In this document: piece by piece, positions 51,422-64,000 of the stretch
How positions within the stretch are numbered: position 1 is the stretch's first letter
How the letters are laid out: the number at the start of each line of letters is the position of its first letter
From: Octopus bimaculoides
Taxonomy: Eukaryota
NCBI RefSeq assembly: GCF_001194135.2
Contig: NC_068995.1
Location: 19,696,812-19,760,811, forward strand
DNA length: 64,000 nt
Reading direction: 5' to 3'
Program-made: the position numbers and the translations under genes
The notes under the pieces: generated by a model
Database searches by the model: none
The model's input: only the letters and a program-made list of their open reading frames with translations
What the model was told of the DNA's origin: nothing

Positions 51422-52907
51422 CCTGTATCAGTCTGTCTGTCTGTTACTCTCTCTCTCTCTCTCTCTCTCTCNNNNNNNNNNNNNNNNNNNNNNNNNNNNN
51501 NNNNNNNNNNNNNNNNNNNNNNNNNNNNNNNNNNNNNNNNNNNNNNNNNNNNNNNNNNNNNNNNNNNNNNNNNNNNNNNNNNNNNNNNNNNNNNNNNNNN
51601 NNNNNNNNNNNTATATATATATATATATATACCTATCTGTTTAGGTATGTATCTATCTAAATATAAGAGTGTAAGTATGTATATGTAAATCCATATCCGT
51701 TTTTCTAGCATTATTTATCGCCTTCCCCTCTCTGTATATATATATATATATATATATACTTTTCTAAGTGTGTGTGTATGTGTGTATATGTATGTGCGTG
51801 CGTGCGTGTGCGAGCGCGTGTGCGTGTGCGTGTGCGTGTGTGTGTGTATGTGTGTGTATGTGTATGGGTGTGTCTGTGTGTGTTTGTGTGTGTATACATA
51901 TGTATATATACACACACACATGTACACACGCACATACACACACACATATATATATATGACTATTTGTGGTCACTCTACTCTGACTGGCCCTTGGGATTGT
52001 GACAGTGATTCGAACGGAAGACACCAGGTGTGCTGGACGTTCGCTTGGCCTTGAGGTGAGATGTCCAGCCACTTGGAAATTTGATATCAATTAGGATAAG
52101 TAGCCATCAGAATATAATTGACGGACAGTATGGCTGGAGGACCTGTCATTATATATCAAGAAAATGATGGTAATACAGCCAAAAAATGTCCATCTGTTGG
52201 CTAGCTTTACGACAGGGGTTATCAATGTCCTTCGGGTTTTTATTGCCAGTGATCTGTTTAATATGTAGTTTACTCTTCTTGTGTCTGATTCCTTTAATTG
52301 ACAATGCCACTTTCGATCTATTGCAGAAGAGACCAGAAAAATAACTAAAACTGAATGAATAAATAAATAACTACACAGTAATTGATTATTGCGTATTGTT
52401 CTTACTATTGTTGTTTCGTTGATGTTGCTGTTGTCATCGTCATCGCCGTTGTTGCTCTTGTTGCTGCTACCTTTGTTCATTTACCGAGCTATTGGCATTT
52501 TGATACTACTGACAATGATACTGTGTTCATAAGATCACCAATAGAGAAGCTGCTATTGGTGCTGATCCTGATGAATGCTACTTCTATCGCTGCTTTAGCT
52601 CATGATGACATCGCCACCGACGACTTTTCCATCGTTACTGTTGCACTTGTAATTCTATTTTGCTTTCGTTTCTTAGTTTATTGCCGCAGCTGCGATTACG
52701 TAGTCTTTGCAAAGAAGCAGATGAGGTCGAACACCTTATGTGCGGTATGCCCAGAGAACACCTGGCATTTAATACGGTTCAAAGCGGAGAAACTTACATA
52801 TATTAACCATAAATCACACAACAGCCTGAGAGCATTCAATAATCAACTATAACTTAATACTGTTGCTGGTATTATTACTTCTATTATTACTGCTGCTGCT
52901 GCTGCTG

Positions 52908-52959
<52 letters not shown>

Positions 52960-53084
52960 AACAAATAAAAGTAATAACAATTATTTATAGCAAAAGAAAA
53001 GCAAATTTTAGGGGAGTGAGTAAATCCGGTAGTGTGCGTGTAGGAGCAAGAATTAGGCCGCGAGCTAGTAGGATCACTAGCCCG

Positions 53085-53221
53085 CCGAGCAACTGGTTAG
53101 CTGTATGTCGTCCGTCCTTATGCTTTAAGTTCAAATTCCACCGAGGTCAACTTTTCGTTTTATCCTTTCGGGGTCGATAAAGTAAGTCCCAGTTGAGCAC
53201 TGGGGCTGATGTAATCAAATA
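53085..53221 (+). mobile_element. Family A SINE fragment
   Basis: AGTTCAAATTCCACCGAGGTCAACTTT..TCCTTTCGGGGTCGATAAA.TAAGT.CCAGTTGAGCACTGGGG. Confidence 0.8.
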
Positions 53222-53235
53222 GCATCCTTATTATT

Positions 53236-54100
53236 GTTTTACTTCTCAGAGCTCTCGAACTTAATTGCTCTGGTTGATTCTGTGGTACCAGACAGCACCC
53301 TGTCGTCAGAGTTCTTACAGGTTGTCTTTCCGCAAATTAAAAGATTTGGTACCTGGATGTTACTCAGGCACCAATCTCAGGCATATCCCAGATAATTGTG
53401 ACCTGGTCGTTGTCATGTACTTTGTTTGCCACACGTTTATACCATTTCTTGTCAACTTTTAAGTTTAAGTGTTGGCGTATTGTCTAGTGAATATAATCAC
53501 TTACTCGGTCATGTTTGTATATATATTCGGATTTGGTAAGGACTGGACAGCCAGACATGATGAAGTCAACTGTCTTTTCATGCTGGTTGCATATCCTGCA
53601 TTTCGCGTTAGGGCCTGTTTTATTTATTTTCCCTCCTTCTGTATGAGAAAGATATATTCTCTCTGTGTCTGCTTTAAGAAGGTGACTTCGGTATGCTGTT
53701 AATAGTTTTCGTATTTTTCTATTTCTCAATTCCCTTCCAGTTTATTATGTTAAAGCTGTTGTGGTCTAATTCCTCTGATTTATGGGTCTATGTTGAGTGC
53801 AGTGTTTTCGGTGCTGAATAAATTTTCGTCTTCACAGTGTCACTTTGGCACATTTGTCCAGTCTCATGTGCATCCCGATGCTCCAGCTGAAACGCAGAAA
53901 AATTTTTGGTTTCTCTGTTCCGTGGTATTTTTTATGAAAATTTATAAATCATCCATGTATACGAAATGGTTTATTGTTTGTCCATAGCATCTATATTCCT
54001 TGGTGGTTTCAATTAACAAGTTTGATAGCGGGGACAGAACAAGGCAGAAAAGTAGGGGCGACAGCGAATTCCCTTGGAAAATTCCTCTTCTAATGGATAT
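53236..54100 (-). mobile_element. R4/Dong-like RLE LINE, copy 1 (RT motifs and CCHC, multiple internal deletions)
   Basis: ISIRRGIFQGNSLSPLLFCLVLSPLS.LL, INHFVYMDDL, IGM...LDKCAK, KADTERIYL...EGG, KCRICNQHEKTVDFIMSGCPVL...Y..KHDRV..YIH, TIIWD. Confidence 0.9.
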
Positions 54101-54114
54101 ATTATTATTATTAT

Positions 54115-54880
54115 TTACTTTGACTCAGGTTCGGCCTTGTAGAATGTATGTTGATAGTGTGTTAATACCTGTAACTTTAGGTATCCACAAGTTTTCAGTA
54201 GTCTTTCAAGTGCTTAGAACCCTAATGATAATTCTTAATTCTTTCTGTCTCTAAGAGACAAACTTTCTGTTTGAAACTTTCTGTTGAAAGGGTATTCTAT
54301 TCCAATCCCCTTCAGCTATTTGTCTATATCTCTGCTTACTGTTCCCAATGCACCAATTCTCATAGGCACGACCTTCATAGTCTTCATACGCCAAATTCTT
54401 CCTCTTTCAAATTTTAAGGGATTATATATATATATTTTTCGTCCTCCTTCTTTTTTCGATCCTGAGATCACATGGGCATGATGGGACGATTAGTAAACAA
54501 GTTCGCTTTTCCTTATCTATAATCGGTATGTCTGGCCTATTACTTTGTAAATTAGTGTCTGTTTGAATAGGAAAGTTCCACAAAATCTTATATTTTTCCA
54601 GCTCCAGGACTCTTTCGACTCAATGATTATACCATGGGTATCCAGCTTCAAACCCCTATTTCTGGCAAAGTTTCCAGGGTAAAACTTTTGCAACCTGGCC
54701 ATGTTTCCATTTCTTATACTCTTCTGCTGCTAATTTGGAGAATTTTGGCACAATGTGTGCCACTATCACGTTCCAGGTTCCTCATACTCTACATTTTACT
54801 GGCACATTCTCTCTCTATATATATTTTTTAAAGTTGTTTCTCTTTATCGCTTGATCTTAGGAAGCTGCAATTGCTCTCTA
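54115..54880 (-). mobile_element. R4/Dong-like RLE LINE, copy 2 (CCHC, restriction-like endonuclease and 3' UTR)
   Basis: IAA.DQAIKRNN, KCRV, WKLCQK, KILWNFPIQTD..L..NRPDIPIIDKEKRTCLLI..CPCD.RI..K, KVVP..IGALGTV. Both ends sit in (TAA)n. Confidence 0.9.
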
Positions 54881-54910
54881 TTATCATTATTATTATTATT
54901 ATTATTATTA

Positions 54911-55120
54911 TAGAAGCAAAGCTCAGGTTTGGTCTCATTCCTACTAGGATTTATGTGGTTACTACGTGTAACTGGAAGTATCCACACGTTTTTGGCAGTC
55001 TTTCCAGTGCTTAGAACCCTCCTGCTAAATCGTTCCTGTCCCTAATAATACTGTTTTAGATCTGCACTAAATTAGGTTTTATGCATATTTCCTCTATCCA
55101 TCTGGTCAAATATTAAGGGG
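54911..55120 (-). mobile_element. R4/Dong-like LINE, copy 3 (short 3' end)
   Basis: KTVLLGT.TI..RVLST, and a 3' UTR homologous to copy 2 (GTATCCACA.GTTTT..CAGTCTTTC.AGTGCTTAGAACCCT). Bounded by ATT/ATC repeats. Confidence 0.85.
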
Positions 55121-55312
55121 TTATCATCCTCATCGTCATCATCATCATCATTATTATTATATGGTTTGTTACATAAATATTTTCTTGGTTCACTTATTCT
55201 TGACCCAGCAACAGTTAAAGGGGGAGAGAGAGAGAGGCAGACAGACAAACTGTGAAACAGACAGAGAAAGCGAGAGAGAGAGAGAGAGAGAGAAAAAAAA
55301 ACAGAGAGAAAA

Positions 55313-55348
<36 letters not shown>

Positions 55349-55879
55349 CGAGAGAAAGAGAGAGAGAATATTTAAGTGCAAAGCAAAATATAGTTCTTTA
55401 TTCAAAGACATGTCATTTCCTTGCGCAGGAACCGATCCCTGAACTTATGACCGTTATTCTAACAACGTAGCTACTTAGCCACACGCCATTAGGATTCCTA
55501 CCCGTATTTTTCTTTTCCTTTTACCGAGCAGTACTCGCAGCTCACCTTTGTTATAGAAGCACTCAGATTAATGCCATAATTGAAATGGTAGCGGTGTTGG
55601 TATATATATTCCATAACGACCTAGATTTAATATCTAGTAGAGTAGAGATTTAACTTGATGTTACTAATAAATAGGGCATGGCTTGAAAGTTACTGGTGAA
55701 TGCTTCATCAGCCAGAAGAGAAGTTTGAAGAATTTTGGTTTTATTAAATAATATCACTTTTGTAGATACAGCTTATGGCTCTCTTGCAATAAAACAACTA
55801 TGCACGTGCTAAAATGTACAAGCCTACACTGCACTCATATGTGTGTGCACGTATATATATATAATTGTGTGTATGTATG

Positions 55880-56085
55880 TATGTATATACTCATGTATGT
55901 ATGTATATACGCATGTATGTATGTATATATGATACATCTATATATATGCGTGTGTGAATGTATGCATATGCATATATATATTTATATGTATGTATGTATA
56001 TACGCATGTATGTATGTATATATGATACATTTATATATATGTGTGTGTGAATGTATGCATATGCATATATATATATTTATATGTC
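55880..56085. repeat. Roughly 100-bp tandem duplication of a complex microsatellite block
   Basis: GTATATACGCATGTATGTATGTATATATGATACAT.TATATATATG.GTGTGTGAATGTATGCATATGCATATATATA occurs twice. Confidence 0.85.
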
Positions 56086-56763
56086 CTGTTTGCATGTGTG
56101 TATGTACAAGTGTGTATATGTATATGTGCTTGTATCTATTTGTGTACGTATGCAAGTGCTTCTGTTCGTGTGTTGAGAATGTGCATGTATGTTTGTACAT
56201 AGAATTAGGTTTTCTTGCACTCTTAATTACACAGAAAATATCATTGACCTGAGGAGAGAAAAAAATAGAAGGAAAAAATGGTAATTAATTGAAATTTATA
56301 CATATGTATATAAAAAAGTAATACTGTTTAGTCATTTTCAATGCAGTAATTGTCAAAAAACGGGAGGAATATTAGGAAAATTCTGTCGGATTTCTCCTAT
56401 TAACTTACTTTTAGCAAACCATGTAATGAAAAATCAGCTTGCAGCATTTATGTAGATAACAAGCAGTTGGGTTTTTTTTTCTGCCCGTTTCTTTAAATGC
56501 AGAGTTAGCTGAAAAGATTTATCCTGCAGTATCGCGTGTGATCTTCGGTAAACAACCAAACTTGTGGCGGTGAGTTGCTCTTTCATTAAATTAGACATCA
56601 ATTAACATGTTTTTCCCGGTGTTTCTTCAAAAGATAACGTTTAGTTCTTAAAACATCTGAATATTTCAACACTGGATTATACGAATCTAGTTATCTCTCT
56701 CCCTCTCACCCTTTCTTTCTTCTCTCTCTCATCCTTTCTCCTCTCTCTCTTTCTTTCTTTCTT

Positions 56764-56864
<101 letters not shown>

Positions 56865-58331
56865 CTGTCTGTCTGTCCATCTACCTATCTATCACATCCA
56901 TTCAGGTATCTCTTCACGTTCTATTATCTATCTTTCCATCGCTCTCGCTCACCCACCCATCCTTTCACTTACACCATTTCTCTTACTCTTACTCTCCCAT
57001 TAAAATTTACTCGCATTCCTTCCTTCTCATCTATTATCTCGTTTACACCTCCCTCTTCTAGTTCTCACTCACTTTGTCACTCTAACACACTATTCCTAGC
57101 TTCCCTTACCGCTTCTCATATCATGCTATTGCATGCATGTACACTCCTGCATATATGTCTCCGTCGTTCTCTTCTTACTCTCGCTCCCACAAACGCTCCT
57201 ACACCTAAATTCGTAAACTCTTTCACACAAACACGATCGCCCTACTACCACACTATATCCAATACACATTCACTTACACGTTTCTTTCTGCTCCTCTTTA
57301 TTTTACCCTTTTGTCCTTTCCTACTTTATTCCCCAAATTTCACACAACTTCACATACATATACATGAATGCACAAAGGCACGTTGAACCGCTCATAAATT
57401 GTCACCGATGCACATGTAGACACATCATATCCCATAAATAACCTATGAAATAATAAGTCTATGATATTCACTTCATATTCACATGCAATTATTCATACTG
57501 ATACGTTTAATATCTATGAAAGTTCCTGCCTTACTGCAAATATATAGTGGAGGAAAAATATGAGGCGTTCAGATAAAGGTCTTTCACATTAATGGAATTC
57601 CTCGTGATAATCTAGGCATGATGATTAAATACTTATTCTCCGATTTACATATTTCAAAGCATATATTTCATTTATTTCGTTTTGAGGACATACAATAACA
57701 GAGCATACAGAATGTCAGTCTAGTAGCAGCAGACGATATGTAATTTCAAATCAAATGTACGAATCTATACTCTGTTTTGTGGCGAAAGCTAAATTCATAC
57801 AATTCTGCTTTACATATCAAGAGGGTGAACAGGAACAGAGAGATCACAATCAGACCGTGGACCGCATTGTTAACAAAAATTTCACAATACTTTTGCTTGA
57901 GACTAGCAATAAATGTACATTTAAAAATATTATATTGTGGGGACGAAATGAATCTGCAAGTAATTTCTATCCATACACCTAATTCAGTATAGATTTAGTG
58001 ATGACTATCAGAAGTTTCACATCAAATTTAAGTGTGAAAAATAATACCTGTCCTCATTATATATTTTGCATATTTTGATAGGACTACCCTTTAGAATTAC
58101 AGATTCCTATGGGTGAGTAAAGTAGCTTCGTTACTAATAAAAACGTTACTTTTGACCAATAAAAGAAAGGAAAATAACACGTGCAATTTTCTACTAAGAT
58201 GAATGAGAAAAGACGTTTTCATATATTGCTCTCAAACACTTCTTAATTTGTTAAGGATGTAGACCAATGCTATTATTCAGTTATAAACTCTCTCTCCCTC
58301 TCTATCTCTCTCTCTATATATATATATATAT

Positions 58332-58391
<60 letters not shown>

Positions 58392-58547
58392 NNNNNNNNN
58401 NNNNNNNNNNNNNNNNATTTGACAGGAAGGACAACATAAGAAAGAAAGAGATCTCGATATTAAGAGATGTTGGCGTGGGCTCTCACCCTGGCATCCGAAA
58501 CTCGGAGTTTTATCATGGCTACTGAATAAGTGTCACATATTTTTACA

Positions 58548-58583
<36 letters not shown>

Positions 58584-58884
58584 GTAGCTGAAAATGCACA
58601 GACAATATACTGAAATTAATTAAAGCTTAAATATATTTTCAAATATAGAAATACACTTTGCCAGGTTTACATTATATTTTCAAAAATGTAAATTATATAT
58701 TACTCAACTGGAAGTCTAATGTGTATTCCTAAATTTTAAAATATAACAAATACTAATTTATTTTAATATCTCTTCTGTGGATTTTCACCTTCATTTTTCC
58801 CATTTCTCCACTTGTTTGAATTAATAACTGTTTATGTGTTTATATACATATAAATTCTATATTTATATTATATATATATATATA

Positions 58885-59075
58885 TCATGATAGATCGCTA
58901 ACCATTACACTTTTTTTCTCTCCTTGCTTCTTTGTATTTCTTTCTGTGGAAGAGCGTAATCTCGAAACGTTAAAGACTTTTTCACTTCCCGATGTTATAC
59001 TAATACATTTGTTTGTTGTCTACACCACCTGTCTTCGTCTTTTGTTTTTCATTTGTGAATTCTCCTTATATGTGT
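58885..59075 (+). mobile_element. PLE-tail-like repeat containing the intact hammerhead-like motif
   Basis: Homologous to 21080-21470 (-) and 32465-32580 (-). Confidence 0.6.
58939..58976 (+). ncRNA. Putative minimal type I hammerhead ribozyme with a non-canonical core
   Basis: Stem I TCTTT/AAAGA, core CTGTGGA(+A), stem II GAG-cgtaat-CTC, GAAA, palindromic ACGT in place of helix III, H17=U. Confidence 0.45.
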
Positions 59076-59105
59076 GTATATATNNNNNNNNNNNNNNNNN
59101 NNNNN

Positions 59106-59137
<32 letters not shown>

Positions 59138-59166
59138 TCAGGTTTGGTAGATGAGTTCCGTACAAA

Positions 59167-59377
59167 ATTTAGATTCAGGTAAATATGGTACTTAAGTTTA
59201 GGCATCAGAATTTAGTATGGTATTATCCATATAGTTTCAAAATAAGGTGATTAACATCAAAATAACCAACAAGAATATCTAAAGTTAATGCAGTACGATC
59301 GTTTCATGCGACTCCATTTAATTGAGCAATGTAAACATTGCATCAAATATAAAATGGAGAGCAATCTTCAGCTGCAC
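59167..59377 (+). repeat. Solo arm of the 33640-34211 palindromic element
   Basis: Aligns end to end with 33640-33851, e.g. identical ATATCTAAAGTTAATGCAGTACGATCGTTTCATGCGACTC. Confidence 0.85.
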
Positions 59378-61334
59378 TAGAAATGCAAAAGTACATCAAT
59401 TTCTTCTACGCTGACAAGTTGAGGAATGACCCTTGTGATTTCACATATAAGTGCTACATGCTTGCCATAGAAATTTCACGCAAGAATGCAAAAGAGGTTC
59501 TTCATTTATTTCCATTGATCTTTATTTTCAAAGACCCACCTGCTTGAACACTTAAGATATAAAATATACGACAAATGTTGCAAAGCATTTCGTCTTCTGA
59601 TATAACAATTTCGCCAATCAACTACAATGTTACATTGTTTTATCGACTCAAAACTGATTGGAAAGTGAAGTTGATATTTGCAGGGTTTGAATTCAGGTTA
59701 TAAAATGTTGAGAAAACGTGGAATTGCTAATTCACCGCCTTAACTTAAATTGAAAGACATTAATGTTCATTATGGATACAATTCGGTGATTATAATGGAC
59801 ATCTTCTATAAATGACTGATTGAATGAATGACTAAATAAATAAGTACATACATAAATAAATAAATCTTGCAATTTAGAGTTAGAGTCGTAAACTCTTCTC
59901 GAAATATCTTATGTCAGAAAGTCTTGTATTACGAACATGTTCGTGCTGCTGTTGATTCTACTAAAATTATTATATTTACCTTTACATTCGTCTGACGAAA
60001 TTTGTGTATATTTTTCAAGTGATTTTCTTTTCTTTTTTTTATTTTTTTGCCTCACGGTCGTGTAATTAAGAAATTGGGTGGACTTGTGAAAGTCTGACTA
60101 GTGCTTGCAATGCATTGTGAGTTGCAGCATTTTTCTATAAATAAATTTGAAATTCACATCCTTGACACCCAAGTTGTAAATACTAAAACACAGGTGAACA
60201 AATGCCACCATAAAATATGTTTAATAGATTCCATAATGTATTATAGAATAAATTTATAAAGTTCAACCAGTACTGCGGGTATTACTACACTCTAATTGTA
60301 GGGTGAAATTTATACATATATTCGACAGCAAATTATAATATCTAAACTAAACACTCTTTAGCACCAGTAATTTATTACGTTTTATATCTCATCAAAAATA
60401 AAACACAAATATATTTCCGGAAATATTTTCTAAAGTTAAATAAGATGAGTGAATTTGAACTCTTAAATATTTCACCTGTAATATTGTATTTCATTCCATC
60501 TATAATATAGTGAAAAGCATCATATTTTTTTCTGTTTTTGTTTTATGTTTATGCAGACCAATTTAAGAACAATATAATAACGATGACTATGCGTTGATAT
60601 GTAAATATGTGATCAAACATTCCCTTCTCATAATTAAGTCCATCATAACTAAATCACACTATAAAGATTTCGGTAGTTCGCTATGTTATTTCTGAGATCT
60701 AGGATTCTACAAAGAACCGTCAGATTTTCAATCTAATACTCTTTCAAGTGAAATATTTCAACTATATGCGAATGACTTCATAATATGTAGACATATCATT
60801 GCTGTTATCAGGAGGAAAATAGTTTGATGAAAAACTTGTGTAATGAGTAGTGAAAAACAGCACTCCAAATTGAAAGCAAATGCAATTCAGGATATGTTTT
60901 ATATCACAATTTTACGCCATGTCTTTTATTCTTTTTTACATGATTTATAATTTTTAAATCTGTTTATTAACATAAATAGAAGAACTACAGTTACATCAAA
61001 CATTCTCTTAGTATAAAACGAACCAGGGTTTCTTGAACAAACTTCAGTGTGTTAGGCTCGCAATTTGGATGCCTAGGAAACAAATATGTGCTTCTGCATG
61101 GAGGAATAATCTGCTATATAGACATATCAAGGACATTTCATCAAAATGCATCGTGGTATTTGGAATCGGGAAAGGATACATTGCAAAATGTAATCCCATG
61201 TGTGCAGAGAAATTTTACATAGACAGTCATACATTCATGCATACATTTCCACATACGCACAGCGCGCGCATAAACACACACGGACTTTTATCTATATATG
61301 TATATATATATATATATATATATGAGTGTGTGTC

Positions 61335-61371
<37 letters not shown>

Positions 61372-61465
61372 ATATACGTATATATATATATATATACACA
61401 CACATATATACATATATCTATATATGTGTATGCATATATACATACACACACGCATATATAAATAA

Positions 61466-61504
<39 letters not shown>

Positions 61505-61784
61505 AGGCATATATATATATATATAGATACCTACATACAAGCACACATCCAGGACTTTCCAAAAGAGAGGATGTCTCCATTGCAGCAACCTTGTGCTTGT
61601 CTAGAACTGTATCTTATATACCTTAGTGTGATGGAAGGCAAATTTGAATTCGATGGGATACGTACTTTGATCTTTGAATATAGCATAGTTGTCCTCTGCT
61701 CTAAGGATCTCGCCAAATAACCACCCTATTCTCCCCTCTACTATAACACTGCTGGGTAATGCTGATGGTTCTGCTCGTAATATT

Positions 61785-62320
61785 CTTTACTTTTCTAATC
61801 TAAGCGCAAGGCCCGAGATTGTTGGGGAAGAACCCAGTCGATTACATCGACTGCAGTACGCAACTGGTAATTAATTTATTGACACCAAAAGGATGAAAGG
61901 CAAAGTCGACCTCGGCGGAATTTGAACTCAAAGCGTAAAGACCTACGAAATACCGCCTGAACAATTATTTCTGCTGTAGGCACAAGGCCTCGAAAATGTT
62001 GGGGGAAGGGGGGGATAGTCTATTACATCGACCCCAGTGCGTATTTGGTACTTGTTTCATCGACCCCGAAAGGATGAAAAGCAAAGTCGACCTCGGCGGG
62101 TTCTGCTAGTAATATTAATATAATTACGAAGGCGGTGATCTGGCAGAATCATTAGCACACCGACCAAAATTCTTAGAAGCATTTACAAATTCCGTCGACG
62201 TTGACTTTCCCTTTCATTCTTTCGGGGACGATAAAATCACTACCAGTTGAGTACTGAGGTCGATGTAATCGACTTACCCACTCCCCCCAAATTGCAGGCC
62301 TTGCACCTAAATTTGAAATC
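61785..62320. mobile_element. Cluster of three family A SINEs (- 61785-61960, - 61965-62100, + 62129-62320)
   Basis: Repeated GGATGAAA.GCAAAGTCGACCTCGGCGG on the minus copies; the plus copy has head GAAGGCGGTGA.CTGGCAGAATC.TTAGCAC and tail TTGCAGGCCTTG..AAATTTGAAATC. Confidence 0.85.
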
Positions 62321-63759
62321 AATGTTAATGAAATTACATTCGAAGTGTCATGTTTATTGTTCATGTATATCAGTGGACTACCAGGATCCATATAGCCCTT
62401 AGCAGTCCATATAAGATTTTGTTGTTAAAGTTTTTGTACAATAAACTGGTTATACTTCTACATTACACAAAATGTTTTATACAATGCCAATTAATATTTA
62501 ATTACAAAAATATTTTTAAAACATTGAATAGCTATGAAGCGGGGCACTTGAGTGCCACCTGCGAATATTTTCAAATTGAAAGGCAATCTAATGCTTTAAT
62601 AAGGATTTCTTTCCTTTTTAATAAGACTTATTCACTGCTGGATTTGAACTCAAATGGTTGTGTAAGTTTGTATTTACAGTGAGCACTCAACCAGCAGATG
62701 TAGATTTGCATATCGACTAGGTTTGAGTGTGCGTGCGTGGTGTATATGACTACACATGTGTATTTGTGTTTGTGTGTGTGTGTGTGTGCGCGTGCGCGCG
62801 TGTGTGCGTGCGTGTATGTAAGTATATGTATACATATTTATGCATATATATATACATACACCTATGTGCTTGGATACATACACAGACATGCCTGTCTAAC
62901 GGGTGCACGCCTACGTTATGATGTTGGATTGTAGGAAGAAAAGAAGAAATAGAAGAAGAGGAAGACGGAGAAATAGGAAGAGAAGGGGAGGAAAAGGAGA
63001 AGGTTGAAATGAGGAAACGAATTTGACGTGGAAGTGGAAAATTAAATTATGATGGAGAATATCGTTCATTTATAGTGCAATCTTAGTATAATATATCATT
63101 TTTGTGTATGTGTATGTCTCCTAATCTCTATGTGTGTCTGTCTGCATATATGTATGTGTATGTCTAGCTGCGTATGCTTTTCTAAATGAAAGTATATGCG
63201 TGTATGTGTATATACATGCAGAAGTGATCACCAGACTGAATTTATTTAGCTGAGCCATGTAGTTTCAACCATATTCTGTTGTCTCATAATTTGGAATGAT
63301 GCAGACCGAATTATACATATCACTACTAATTAACTTACTAAATATATCTGAATAATACATGGCAAAATCTACATGCCCGTCAGTTCGTCTAAATAAGTTT
63401 GTCTCTCAAGGTAGCGATCACCCCTATGTTGTGGCAGTATATTCGCGTGGAGTGGAATTTCAGAATGGGGTGTAAACATGTAACTATTCGATAAATCTTG
63501 TTATAAAATTTCGAATTAAAAGATCTTTTGGATATATATGTTATGTATTAAAATTTTCTTCTCATAGTGGGCTCATGATTAGGTTTCTTTTTATCGAAAT
63601 GAGAGTGGTACAAAAAAGGTTGAAAACCGATTCTCGTTAAATCTATCTTATGGAAACTACATTCTACCATCGTAAAAAAATAACGGAAGGTTTGGGAGCA
63701 AGATACAAATAATGCTTGGTTGCGTCTGAAATATTTGTTTCTCTTTATCACTCTAGTCA

Positions 63760-63788
63760 GAAGCTGGGGTTCAAACAGAGAGACACAA

Positions 63789-63820
<32 letters not shown>

Positions 63821-63996
63821 ACACACATATATAGATTCGACGGGCTTCTTTCAGTTTCCGTCTACCAAATCCACTCAAAAGGCTTTCGTCGGCCCAAGAC
63901 TATAATAGAAGACACTTTCCCAAGGTGCTACGCAGTGGGAGTGAACCCGGAACCATGTGGCTGGTAAGCAAGCAACTTACTACACAGCCACTCCTA
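63760..63996 (-). mobile_element. SINE family C head and internal microsatellite
   Basis: CGGGCTTCTTTCAGTTTCCGTCTACCAAATCCACTCA.AAGGCTTT..CCAAGGTGC.ACGCAGTGGGA.TGAACCCGGAACCATGTGG. Confidence 0.9.
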
Positions 63997-64000
63997 TAGA

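Noticed and set aside
57755-57992. Short ORFs on both strands, one with a hydrophobic stretch (AVHGLIVISLFLFTLLIC)
   Set aside because: Weak splice sites and phase incompatible with the other candidate exons.
61033-61230. Two overlapping open frames on + (e.g. SQFGCLGNKYVLLHGGIICYIDISRTF)
   Set aside because: No recognisable domain and no convincing donor; within chance expectation.

Overview
AT-rich, microsatellite-saturated eukaryotic DNA with 15 N-gaps. The recurring tRNA-derived SINE families look like those of Octopus (inferred by recognition, no search run). No complete protein-coding gene, rRNA, tRNA or CRISPR array is supported, and almost all listed ORFs are microsatellite or gap artefacts. 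The window is mostly decayed mobile DNA: a CR1-type LINE 3' end, Penelope-like and Helitron fragments, a Tx1/L1-clade 3' end, an RTE 3' end, three head-to-tail R4/Dong-like RLE LINEs in (TAA)n tracts, a full-length inactive Tc1, a mariner with two 5' ends, a hAT MITE, a HINE-like element, a ~480-bp palindrome and about 25 SINE copies. The most interesting signals are a minimal hammerhead-ribozyme-like motif with a non-canonical core (3 copies), two apparent LINE/SINE 3'-tail partnerships (one with an L1-clade element), the (TAA)n-targeted LINE chain, and a tentative minus-strand spliced transcript with a 12-nt microexon.
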